Shown here one piece after another: positions 20,604 through 30,459 of a stretch of 64,000 nucleotides of DNA. A program made the position numbers and the translations under genes. The notes beneath the pieces were generated by a model, which ran no database searches, was not told the DNA's origin, and saw nothing but the letters and a program-made list of their open reading frames with translations. Source of the stretch: Candidatus Krumholzibacteriia bacterium (GTDB taxonomy: Bacteria; Krumholzibacteriota; Krumholzibacteriia; Krumholzibacteriales; Krumholzibacteriaceae). How positions within the stretch are numbered: the stretch's first letter is position 1; each line of letters opens with the position of its first letter. The stretch spans positions 1,568,001 to 1,632,000 of the forward strand of contig CAWIIQ010000001.1 of NCBI GenBank assembly GCA_963836185.1, read 5' to 3'.

Positions 20604-21606
20604 AGAAAAGACGATACTCACCGTGATGGCCGTGTTAACAGCGGCTGTTCTCCTGGCAGCGCCGTTTATCGGCATGGAGAGGATAACTCTCGCCTCCATC
20701 TCAGGGGGAGAGGGTATATCAGCCGATATATTCTGGCGCATACGGGTGCCTAGGGTGATCATCGGTTTTATCGCCGGCGCGTCTCTCGCTCTGAGCGGGA
20801 TGGCATTTCAGGCTGTGTTCAGGAATCCGCTCGCAACACCGTTCACGCTCGGCGTCTCAAGCGGCGCGGCTTTCGGAGCGTCTCTCTACATGAAGGCAGG
20901 TATCCTGTTCAGCCTGGCCTGGCTTCCCGGACAATCGATCAGCGCCTTCCTCTGGGCAGCCGTTTCAATAGCCCTCGTATACGGATTGACGAAGGTCAGA
21001 CGGGGATTCTCTACCGCCACTATGCTTATTGCCGGAGTGGCTATCAACTTCTTCTTCTCAAGCCTGATACTCTTCATGCAGTACATGAGTGACTTCACTC
21101 AATCCTTCAGGATAGTAAGGTGGCTTATGGGAGGGGTAGAGACGATGGGTTACTCGAGCATATGGACGCTTCTTCCATTCATGGTCTTTGGCTCCACCAT
21201 CGTCTTCAGTTCCCTGCGTGAACTCGATCTCCTCGCGCTGGGCGACGATATCGCGGCGGGCAGGGGTGTGGATGTAAAAAGGACAAGACGCCGGATCTTT
21301 TTTGCAGCGTCTCTTCTGGTCGGGGGAGTAGTCTCGATATGCGGTCCGATAGCGTTTGTCGGCATGATGGCTCCTCATATATGCAGGTTGATCGCGGGCG
21401 AAGGCCATACGCGTCTCGCTCCGGCATCGTTTCTTTTCGGCGGCACTTTCCTTGTGCTTTGCGATACGTTAGCACGGACTGTAATAGCTCCTGCAGAGAT
21501 CCCTGTAGGCGTGATCACATCCCTTCTGGGCGGGCCGTTCTTCCTCTGGCTGCTTCTCGGCGGAACCGCGGATAAGAGCCTCATTTTCAGACGGGAGGCT
21601 GCCTGA
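20593..21606 (+). CDS. Iron-chelate/cobalamin ABC permease (FecCD/BtuC family)
   Basis: R.PR, Q..FRNPLA.P..LGVSSGA, G.I.FVG...PH, EIPVGV.T..LG.PFF. Confidence 0.9.
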   Translation: MTVREKTILTVMAVLTAAVLLAAPFIGMERITLASISGGEGISADIFWRIRVPRVIIGFIAGASLALSGMAFQAVFRNPLATPFTLGVSSGAAFGASLYMKAGILFSLAWLPGQSISAFLWAAVSIALVYGLTKVRRGFSTATMLIAGVAINFFFSSLILFMQYMSDFTQSFRIVRWLMGGVETMGYSSIWTLLPFMVFGSTIVFSSLRELDLLALGDDIAAGRGVDVKRTRRRIFFAASLLVGGVVSICGPIAFVGMMAPHICRLIAGEGHTRLAPASFLFGGTFLVLCDTLARTVIAPAEIPVGVITSLLGGPFFLWLLLGGTADKSLIFRREAA

Positions 21607-22412
21607 TGACTTCACGGCTGACCGGCGATATATTCGACATCAAGCGGTTCGCCATACACGATGGTCCCGGGATCAGGACAACCGTGTTTTTCAGGGGCTG
21701 TCCGCTGGTATGCTGGTGGTGTCACAATCCCGAAGCGAGGGTCGACTGCGGCCGGGAAACATACAGGAAGAGGTCGATCGACCTTACGCTGCCGAGCACC
21801 GATAATGTCATTGGCCCTGAAGTAAAACTCGAGACCCTTCTGGGTGAGATAGCAAGGGACTCGATCTTCTATGACCAGTCGCATGGAGGAGTGACGGCAT
21901 CAGGCGGAGAGCCGATGATGCAGATCGAATTTCTCTCGGCGCTCCTGGCCGCATGCCGCTCCCGCGGTATAGCGACCACTGTGGATACATCAGCATACGC
22001 GCCCTGGCCTGATTTCGAAAGGATCCTCGATCTCGTCGACCTGTTCATGGTCGATCTCAAACTGATCGATGACTCGCAGCACATGAAGTATACCGGAGTG
22101 TCCAATGAGATTATCCTGGATAATTTTACGAGGCTGATGGATGCCGGGGTCAGGGTGAGAGCCAGGCTCCCGATGATTCCCGGGATAACAGATACAAAAG
22201 AGAATATAGATGAAATCATATCATTTATCGTAAAATATGAAGGGCTGGAGATGATAAGCCTCCTGCCGTACAACCGTCTGGGCGAGGACAAATTCGACCG
22301 GCTCGGCATCGAATACGGACCGGGCGCCCTTAGGACACAGACGCCGGATGAGATGAAGGATATTTCAGGCATATTCGAGAAAGCCGGCCTCACCGTCCGG
22401 ATCGGAGGATGA
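21606..22412 (+). CDS. Glycyl-radical enzyme activating enzyme (radical SAM), short form
   Basis: HDGPGIRTTVF.GCPL.C.WCHNPE, GGVT.SGGEP; overlaps the GRE start codon. Confidence 0.92.
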   Translation: MTSRLTGDIFDIKRFAIHDGPGIRTTVFFRGCPLVCWWCHNPEARVDCGRETYRKRSIDLTLPSTDNVIGPEVKLETLLGEIARDSIFYDQSHGGVTASGGEPMMQIEFLSALLAACRSRGIATTVDTSAYAPWPDFERILDLVDLFMVDLKLIDDSQHMKYTGVSNEIILDNFTRLMDAGVRVRARLPMIPGITDTKENIDEIISFIVKYEGLEMISLLPYNRLGEDKFDRLGIEYGPGALRTQTPDEMKDISGIFEKAGLTVRIGG

Positions 22413-24784
22413 ACATGATAAGCAAGAGGATAGAGCGTCTCAGAAATCAAAGCATCGAGGCGGAGCCCGTTATCAGCATGGAGAGGGCTTCTCTGCTTAC
22501 GGATTTCTACTCGAGCGGTGAGGCGGACAGGCATGCTGTCCCCGTGAGTCGGGCAATGGCGTTTAAATACATACTGGAAAACAAGGACCTCTGTATAAAT
22601 CCCGGTGAATTGATCGTAGGGGAAAGAGGGCCTGAGCCCAAGGCAACGCCGACCTATCCCGAGATCTGCACTCATACGCAGAACGATCTGGAGCTCCTCG
22701 ATACGAGGGAGAAGATAAGGTTTTCCGTACCGGAAGAGGCTAAGAAGATACAGGAGAATGAGATCGCGCCCTTCTGGCGTGGACGTTCAATCAGGGACAG
22801 ACTCTTCGATGAGTTGTCCGTGGAATGGAAGGATGCGTATTCCGCCGGTATCTTTACGGAGTTTCAGGAGCAGCGGGCGCCCGGCCATACTGTTCTGGAC
22901 GACAAGATATACAGGAAGGGATTCGACGACCTGCGAGATGAGATTCGATCGAGCATACAAGCTCTCGACCTGGTCAACGATCCTGAAGCTCTCGACAAGC
23001 GGGACGAGTTGAAAGCGATGGACATCGCCGCCGGCGCTCTGGTCGAATTTGCCGGAAGATACTCAACGCTGCTTGCTGGAAAAGCCGAAGAAGAGCCTGA
23101 TCCGGAAAGGAGATCCGAACTCGAAGAGATGTCGAGGATATGCGCGAAAGTTCCGGCCAGAGCCCCGGAAACATTCTGGGAAGCGCTTCAGTATTACTGG
23201 TTCGTCCATCTCGGCGTTATAACCGAGCTCAATACGTGGGATTCCTTCAATCCGGGCAGGCTCGACCGTCACCTGTATCCTTTCTACCAGAAAGGTCTAT
23301 CTGACGGGACTATGACAGCGGAACGCGCCAGGGAACTTCTGCAGTCGTTCTGGGTGAAGTTCAATAACCAGCCGGCTCCTCCGAAGGTCGGCGTGACAGC
23401 TCAGGAGAGCAGTACCTACACGGATTTCTGTCTTATCAATCTCGGCGGTGTGGATGAGAGGGGAGAGGACGCTGTAAACGAGGTTACCTTCCTGATCCTT
23501 GACGTCATAGAAGAGATGCGTCTCCTCCAGCCCAGCTCGATGGTGCAGATAAGCAAGAAGAATCCCGAAGAATATCTGAAGCGGGCGCTGAGGATCATCC
23601 GGACAGGTTACGGCCAGCCGTCTATATTCAATACGGAGGCGATGGTCCAGGAGATGACGAGGATGGGGAAATCCATAATCGACGCCCGAAACGGCGGAGC
23701 CAGCGGGTGCGTTGAGACCGGCGCATTCGGCAAGGAGAGCTATATCCTCACCGGGTATTTTAATATCCCCAAGGTGCTCGAGATCGCTATGCATAACGGT
23801 ATCGATCCGGGGACAGGCAAGCGCCTCGGTCCTGAGACTGGCGCGGTATCCACCTTCATTACCTTTGACGAGTTCTACGAGGCGTTCGAAAAGCAGCTGA
23901 GGCATTTCATCGACATAAAGATAAAAGGTAACAGGATAATCGAACGTATCTGGTCCCGGCTGCTTCCGGCGCCGTTTCTCTCACTGCTCATCGATGACTG
24001 CATCAGAACAGGGAAGGATTATAACTCGGGTGGGGCGAGGTACAATACATCGTACATACAGGGAGTGGGGCTGGGGACGATAACTGACTGTCTCTCCGCC
24101 GTCAAATGGCACGTCTTCGACAAGCGCACCTTAACGCTCGAAGAAATGGCGGAGGCTCTCGATACCGATTTCAATATATCGGAAGCTCTGTGGAAGAAGC
24201 TTCTCCACGAGACGCCTAAATATGGTAACGACGAGGATTACGCGGACGAACTGGCTGTTCGCGTGTTCGAAAGTTACTTTGAGGCTATAGACGGCCGTCC
24301 CAATACGAAGGGGGGCCACTTCAGGATCAACCTGCTGCCCACTACGTGCCATGTCTACTTCGGCAGTGTCACTGGCGCTCTGCCCGATGGAAGGAAAGCA
24401 GGGGAGCCACTTTCAGAGGGGATATCACCGGTTCAGGGCGCAGACAGGAAGGGGCCAACGGCAGTCCTGCGTTCCGCCTCCAGGATCGATCACCTTCGGA
24501 CCGGAGGCACCCTCCTTAACCAGAAATTCACGCCGGGCGTGATGGAGGACGAGGATGGGATCACAAAGGTCGCGCACCTGGTGCGATCATATTTCAGGAT
24601 GGACGGACACCATATCCAGTTCAACGTGGTCAACGCGGAAACATTGAGAAAGGCCCAGAAGACACCCGAGAAATACCGCGACCTCATAGTGAGAGTCGCT
24701 GGGTACAGCGACTATTTCGTCGATCTGGGTGTGGATCTTCAGAACGAGATAATCAAGAGGACTGAACACGGACTTGAATCCTGA
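22409..24784 (+). CDS. hypD: Glycyl radical enzyme, trans-4-hydroxy-L-proline dehydratase
   Basis: RVAGYS glycyl loop, SGCVE Cys loop, plus EQRAPGHTV, WDSF.PGR, NNQPAPPKVG, ESSTYTDF, LTGY, LPTTCH motifs as recalled from clostridial Hyp dehydratase. Confidence 0.88.
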   Translation: MNMISKRIERLRNQSIEAEPVISMERASLLTDFYSSGEADRHAVPVSRAMAFKYILENKDLCINPGELIVGERGPEPKATPTYPEICTHTQNDLELLDTREKIRFSVPEEAKKIQENEIAPFWRGRSIRDRLFDELSVEWKDAYSAGIFTEFQEQRAPGHTVLDDKIYRKGFDDLRDEIRSSIQALDLVNDPEALDKRDELKAMDIAAGALVEFAGRYSTLLAGKAEEEPDPERRSELEEMSRICAKVPARAPETFWEALQYYWFVHLGVITELNTWDSFNPGRLDRHLYPFYQKGLSDGTMTAERARELLQSFWVKFNNQPAPPKVGVTAQESSTYTDFCLINLGGVDERGEDAVNEVTFLILDVIEEMRLLQPSSMVQISKKNPEEYLKRALRIIRTGYGQPSIFNTEAMVQEMTRMGKSIIDARNGGASGCVETGAFGKESYILTGYFNIPKVLEIAMHNGIDPGTGKRLGPETGAVSTFITFDEFYEAFEKQLRHFIDIKIKGNRIIERIWSRLLPAPFLSLLIDDCIRTGKDYNSGGARYNTSYIQGVGLGTITDCLSAVKWHVFDKRTLTLEEMAEALDTDFNISEALWKKLLHETPKYGNDEDYADELAVRVFESYFEAIDGRPNTKGGHFRINLLPTTCHVYFGSVTGALPDGRKAGEPLSEGISPVQGADRKGPTAVLRSASRIDHLRTGGTLLNQKFTPGVMEDEDGITKVAHLVRSYFRMDGHHIQFNVVNAETLRKAQKTPEKYRDLIVRVAGYSDYFVDLGVDLQNEIIKRTEHGLES

Positions 24785-24792
24785 CCGCCTGC

Positions 24793-27700
24793 TCAGACTG
24801 CTTTTATTACTACCACAGTCATGTCATCGGCCTGGTACATGTTGCCCGTGAAAGTATTGACGTCGGCGATTATGAGATCCTTGATCGCAGGTGCCGTCAT
24901 ATTCGACATATCTGTCCCGGAAAGAAGACTCTCGAGCCTGCTCTGATCGTAAAACTGCCTTGCTGAATTGAGTGCGTCGGTCACCCCGTCCGTGAAGATC
25001 ACGAGAACGTCTCCCACTGAGAGAATTATCCTGTCCTCTCTGTACCTGCTCTCTTCCAGAGCACCAAGAGGAAGACCGTGTCCGGCACCATCGAGAGTGG
25101 AAACCTTTCCATCGGATTTAATAAGGGGGGTGCTGAATCCGGCGATCGTGTATGTGACTTCCCTTTTCGGGACGTCGATGCTCGCCAGGCAAAGCGCAGT
25201 ATACATCCGCTCGTTAGTCTTCTGGTATAGCGCGTGGTTGATCCTGTTGGCGACCTCTGAGGGTGATGTGACCTCGTCTGTCCTGGAGTGTATCATCCCG
25301 CTCGACATCACCGCTATCATCGCGGCCTGCATCGCCTTGCCGGAAACGTCTCCGACCGCGACGCCGAGTTTCGTCCTGTCGTCGTCTATCCAGAAAAGAT
25401 CGTAGAAATCTCCACCGACCTCGTTTGCCGGGATACATATCCCCGATACATCGAGTCCCTTCATTACCGGGTCTTTCTGGGGCATGATCGACATCTGCGC
25501 GTCATGAGCTGTCTGAAGTTCGATCTTCATCCTCATGTTCTGCAGACGTCTTTTGTACAGGAAAAGGAATATCCCCACGACCAGGATGGAGACCAGGATC
25601 CGGAACCACCATGTATTCCAGAAGGGAGGATGGATTACAATGCGGATCGAAGCTCCCTGCTCGTTCCATATACCGTCATTGTTTGAGGCTTTTACCCGGA
25701 ACGTGTATTTACCAGGGGGGAGGGTAGTATACGTGGCGAATCTTTTCTCGTGGTCAGTATAGACCCAGTCTTCGTCGAGACCTTCCATCTTGTACGCATA
25801 ATGGTTCTTGTCAGGAGCGCTGAATTCCAGCGCCGCGAACTCGAATGAGAAGACGTAATCACTGTGTGTAAGGTGGATCTCATCGATATCAGATAACGGC
25901 TGATCGAAATTGACCTCCTCGTTGAGTTTCGAGAAGGATGTGATCACGACAGGCGGTACAAAAGGATTATCCTTTATATCAGAAGGGAAGAAGGCGTTGA
26001 ATCCTTCGGTACCTCCGAAGAACATCTCCCCGGAAGGGGCGCGATAGAATGAATTACCGTTGAATTCGTTGCTCTGCAGCCCGTCACGCTCGTTATATTT
26101 TTTGCAGACCTTTTCTCTGGGGTCGAATTTGCATATACCGTTGTTCGAGCTCAGCCAGAAGTTTCCATACTCATCCTGAAGCGCTCCGTAGATCGATTTG
26201 CTCGGCAGGCCATCCTCATCCGTATAGGCTGTAAACACTTCATTTTCACGATCGAAAGAATTGAAGCCGCCGCCCCATGTCCCAAGCCAGAGATATCCTC
26301 GCGCGTCCTCAAGGATGGAGAAGACAAAATCATTGTTGATGCTGGTGGAATCATCAGGGTCGTCCTTGTAGGCGAAAAATGAACCGGTTTCCCTGTCCAT
26401 CCTGTTGAGGCCGCCGCCCTGTGTCCCAATCCAGAAGTTGGAATCGCTGTCCTCGAAAATAACGCGGATGAAATCGTTGCTGATGCTTGACGGGTCTTCG
26501 GGGTCGTGAGCGTATAGTGTGAAAGTACCGGTTTCCCTGTCCATCCTGTTGAGGCCGCCGCCGTTCGTTCCCACCCAGAGGTTGCCTGCGCCGTCGTCGA
26601 ATATCGATCTGATCTGATCGTGACTGATGCTGGAGTGATCTTCCGGATCGTTCCTGTAGCAGATAAATCTGCCTGTATCCCTGTCAAGCCGGCAGAGTCC
26701 GCCTCCGTTTGTACCTATCCAGATCGTGCCTTCAGTATCCTTGTACACGACCCTGACTATGTCGGCGCTAAGGCTGTATGGATCCTCCGGGTCATGCCTG
26801 TAGTTTGTGTATATGCCCGTAGACCTGTCCAGAAGATCAAGGCCTCCGCCGTGAGAGCCGATCCACAATTTCCCAGGCTCGTCCTCGAGGATAGACCAGA
26901 CGATCGGATGTCCCATGGAGTTGAAGCCGTTCGGATCGTATCTGAAATGAACAAACTTCTTTCTTTTCAGATCGAACTTGTTGACGCCGCCGCCGTAAGT
27001 GCCGAGCCAGATCACACCCGATCTGTCTTCGTAGATATCGTAGATCTCGTTGTAGCTGATGCTCGTCGGGTCGTTCGGATCATTGATAAACGTAAGGAAT
27101 ATGCCGGTCTCAGGATCGAACCTGCACAGACCGCCGCCGTTAGTTCCGAGCCAGACGATTCCATTGCTGTCTTCATGGATTGCGAAGACTGCCGGGTGGC
27201 TCAGCTTGTCCGGATCGTCAGGGTCTGCCTCGTAATTCCGAAAGGATCCTGTCTTTCTGTCGAGGACCGAGATTCCTCCGCCGTTGGTGCCGATCCATAG
27301 ATTGCCGTGGCGGTCAGGATGAAGAGCCGCGATCGAATTATGGGGCAGGCTCGCTGGATTGTCCGGCTCATTGAAATAGTTGGTGAATCTGCCGGTCCTG
27401 GGATCGAGGCGGCACAGCCCTCCGCCATCTGTCCCGGCCCAGATATATCCATCACGGCAATGACAGATAGTCATGACCCTGTCAGCGCCGAGACTTCCCG
27501 GATCGTCGGGATCGTGAAGATAACTGGTAAATGTACCCGTGCTGAAATCAAGCTTGCACAGACCCTGGTCAGTACCGATCCATATGTCTCCCAGGGCGTC
27601 TTCATGGATGCAGTTTACAATGTCATTGCTTATCGTGGAGGGATCGTCCTGATCAGATCTGTAATGGATGAAGATATCGTTTTCGCTGTCGTACCTGTCG

Positions 27701-28050
27701 AGGCCTTTCTGGAATGTCCCCACCCAGAGTATTCCGCGACTGTCGATAAAGATGGAAAGGATATGATTATACCCGAGGCTGTTGAGATCCTCGGGGTCAT
27801 GACGTATTATCGAAAAATGGTATCCATCGTACCTGTTAAGTCCGTCCTCAGTAGCGAACCACATGAAGCCATCGTTGTCCTGAGCGATAGAATAGACTAT
27901 CGTCTGGGAGAGACCTTCCTCGATAGAGAGTTCCTCGAATCTCATACGGTTTTCCTGGCCCCTGGAATCGGCTCCAATAATAACCAGAGCGAACAGGGAG
28001 GAAAACAGGAGGATCCTGAAAAATATCGATTTCAGGGATTTCACTTTCAT
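24793..28050 (-). CDS. Periplasmic Reg_prop beta-propeller + Y_Y_Y sensor fused to a SpoIIE/PP2C phosphatase
   Basis: Signal peptide, about 14 D..G.LW.GT.GGGL repeats, Y.Y.MEG...TTLPPGKYTF, PPFW.TWWF TM, then VGGDFYD, GDVSGK, TDGV, DDMT. Confidence 0.9.
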   Translation of the reverse strand: MKVKSLKSIFFRILLFSSLFALVIIGADSRGQENRMRFEELSIEEGLSQTIVYSIAQDNDGFMWFATEDGLNRYDGYHFSIIRHDPEDLNSLGYNHILSIFIDSRGILWVGTFQKGLDRYDSENDIFIHYRSDQDDPSTISNDIVNCIHEDALGDIWIGTDQGLCKLDFSTGTFTSYLHDPDDPGSLGADRVMTICHCRDGYIWAGTDGGGLCRLDPRTGRFTNYFNEPDNPASLPHNSIAALHPDRHGNLWIGTNGGGISVLDRKTGSFRNYEADPDDPDKLSHPAVFAIHEDSNGIVWLGTNGGGLCRFDPETGIFLTFINDPNDPTSISYNEIYDIYEDRSGVIWLGTYGGGVNKFDLKRKKFVHFRYDPNGFNSMGHPIVWSILEDEPGKLWIGSHGGGLDLLDRSTGIYTNYRHDPEDPYSLSADIVRVVYKDTEGTIWIGTNGGGLCRLDRDTGRFICYRNDPEDHSSISHDQIRSIFDDGAGNLWVGTNGGGLNRMDRETGTFTLYAHDPEDPSSISNDFIRVIFEDSDSNFWIGTQGGGLNRMDRETGSFFAYKDDPDDSTSINNDFVFSILEDARGYLWLGTWGGGFNSFDRENEVFTAYTDEDGLPSKSIYGALQDEYGNFWLSSNNGICKFDPREKVCKKYNERDGLQSNEFNGNSFYRAPSGEMFFGGTEGFNAFFPSDIKDNPFVPPVVITSFSKLNEEVNFDQPLSDIDEIHLTHSDYVFSFEFAALEFSAPDKNHYAYKMEGLDEDWVYTDHEKRFATYTTLPPGKYTFRVKASNNDGIWNEQGASIRIVIHPPFWNTWWFRILVSILVVGIFLFLYKRRLQNMRMKIELQTAHDAQMSIMPQKDPVMKGLDVSGICIPANEVGGDFYDLFWIDDDRTKLGVAVGDVSGKAMQAAMIAVMSSGMIHSRTDEVTSPSEVANRINHALYQKTNERMYTALCLASIDVPKREVTYTIAGFSTPLIKSDGKVSTLDGAGHGLPLGALEESRYREDRIILSVGDVLVIFTDGVTDALNSARQFYDQSRLESLLSGTDMSNMTAPAIKDLIIADVNTFTGNMYQADDMTVVVIKAV

Positions 28051-28217
28051 TTCCGATCCCCTCGGATTCAGATCGTAAACTTCCGGGCACCCTATATCTA
28101 GTTATACGTAATTCAGCGAAGAATGGTTCTCGCTAATGATACCTTGCAGGGAGGCCCCCTCACATGCAACGTCATGATAGCCTGCGGAGACAGATTATTT
28201 CAAGCCCGTTGTTTGCC

Positions 28218-28246
28218 TTGAGAATCGCGCTGAAATGATGTAGAAT
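28218..28246 (+). promoter_or_regulatory. Putative sigma70 promoter
   Basis: TTGAGA-N17-TAGAAT upstream of ATG 28293. Confidence 0.5.
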
Positions 28247-28292
28247 CATCCGGGATCATCAGGTTAAACATTCCATCCGAATCAGGTCAGAG

Positions 28293-30348
28293 ATGAATAG
28301 TGGGCAATCACGAATGGGGAATATTCGTCCTTTAGACAGGATACTGCTGTGCGCCGCCTCGATAATGGCAATTACGGCCACCCTGCGAAGCTTCGGGACA
28401 GGAGAGATAACTGTCTATGCCGCCGTCTTCCTTGCCGCCGGCGTTCTCCTCGCTATCGGGCCCCTGATCAGACTGTTCGGGGATTCGGATGGGGCCGGCA
28501 GGGGCAGGGGAACGATCCTTGCGGTCATCTTCGGGACTCATCTGATAGCGACACTCTTCTTTTTCCCGCCTGAGGATATACTCAATTCCAGGCCTGTGCT
28601 ATCCCTCGACCACTCACTCCACTATCAGCAGGTCGTGAGGGCGAGAGAGGTATTTGGTGACTCCTACAGGCTTCATGCTTACGATCCGTATTTTATGGCC
28701 GGATACCCGGGGGGGACGATTTTCGACATCGACTCGAAGGGAGTTGAGCTCTGGTGCGCTTTTCTGGGATTTGCCGGAACCGCCAGAGCCTTATAAATTC
28801 TTCATACTGTTCGGATACCTGCTGCTGCCTTTCACGATATACGCAGGCAGCAGGCGTCTCGGCTTCAGTTTCATCGAATCGCTGTTCTCGACCCTTATGG
28901 TCATGGCTTTCTGGCACTGGGGAAGGCCGTATGCAGGGGAATTCCGATTCGCGGGGATGTTCTCATGTCTCATCGCATGCCACCTTGCGGTATATATCAG
29001 CGGGCTTTTCAGATCCATACTGCGCGAGAAAGAGGCAAGGAGCTTCTGGCTGGCCGGGCCGCTCGCTTTCATAGTTCATCCAACGATGGCGGTGTTACTG
29101 CCTGTACCGTTTCTTACGTTGTTTTTAGTCGAGAGGAAACGGGTTCCACCAGGAAAGCTCCACAGGACGTGGGAACTGAAGGTGCTGGTGAAACTTGTCT
29201 CCTGGTGCCTCCTCGTACTCGCTGTCAATGCCATCTGGCTTGTCCCGTTTTTCAGGTACGTTGACATAAAGATCCCTTCCGAGACCTTCTTTCAGATAGA
29301 GGGTATCCAGGGGCTTTTCGGCCTGCTTGTAAAGGCGGGGAACCTCCCAGCTCTCCTGCTTGTCGTACTGGCAATAACCGGGCTGGTCAATCTTCTCAGA
29401 AGCGGGAGGTCCCATGATGCCGCCTGCCCCGCGGCAGGCAGCCTCTTCTTCCTTGTCATAGCGACATTTGGTATATACATACCATTATTCGACCAGATGG
29501 AACCTGGGCGTTTTCTTGTCCCTGCTCTTATCTTCATGTCTCCCCTGGCAGGTTCAGGTCTATTATTCATCCTCGGGAAAGTGAAAAGGGCACTTAAGCC
29601 TGGAGTTCTGTCCAGACACGCGGCAACGGCAGTATTGATATCGCTGCTTATAAGTTCGCCCGCGCTGAGTCTGTTATCTTCGAGGGGATGGTACCGCCAT
29701 ACATTGAGCACGACGCTGACGCCGGAGGTAGGAGAGCTGATAGAAGCGCTGCAGAGATTCACTGATCCTTCCGGAAGGTTGATGATCGAGGATGGTCCGG
29801 CATGGAACTACGGGGACAGTTTCATCCCCGCGATCATTCCGGAATTCACGGGAGTAGAGCAGATCGGAGGGCCGTATCCCTGGGCATTCATAGTACATAA
29901 TTTTACGAATTTCTATATGTGCTCCGCCATGGATAGATCACTTCCCGAAATCGGGAAGGAGAAACTCGGGCAATACATCGACCTGTACAACGTCCGATGG
30001 GTCCTTACCTCGACGCCTGAATGCAGGGAGTACTTTGCCGGATTCTTCGATCAGGCTCCGGTCTGGAGTTCCAGGCATTTCTCGCTATGGCAGGCAGGGC
30101 AGGCCGCCGGTTCGCTTCAGCAGCGGGGAATCACGATACAGGCATCGTACGACCGGATCTCTGTCTCACTGGAACCTGACGAAGAGGGGAGGATGCCGGA
30201 ACGGGTTCTTCTGCCGTATCACTGGGACCGCGGCCTTCAAGTCGATCCTCCTGCCGTAATCTCCCCGGAAAAGCGTATGGACGACCCCGTGCCGTTTTTA
30301 GTCCTTGAGCCCCATGGAAAGAGCGAGATCCTTATCGAGTACCGATGA
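28293..30348 (+). CDS. Polytopic membrane protein, GT-C glycosyltransferase-like; +1 frameshift near 28791
   Basis: ORFs 28293-28796 and 28654-30348 join as ...GTARA-YKFFIL...; DH..HY...YDPYFMAGYP loop after the early TMs; more than 10 TM segments. Confidence 0.6.
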
Positions 30349-30410
30349 TTCCTTCCGGATAACGAAACACTCTTGCATTTATATGTATTCTAACGTTTTA
30401 GAAGCCACCG

Positions 30411-30439
30411 TTGACTTCTGCCCGGAATTATTGTACAAT
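30411..30439 (+). promoter_or_regulatory. Putative sigma70 promoter
   Basis: TTGACT-N17-TACAAT upstream of the 30460 ORF. Confidence 0.55.
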
Positions 30440-30459
30440 GGAGGTCTAAGTTACTGTAA

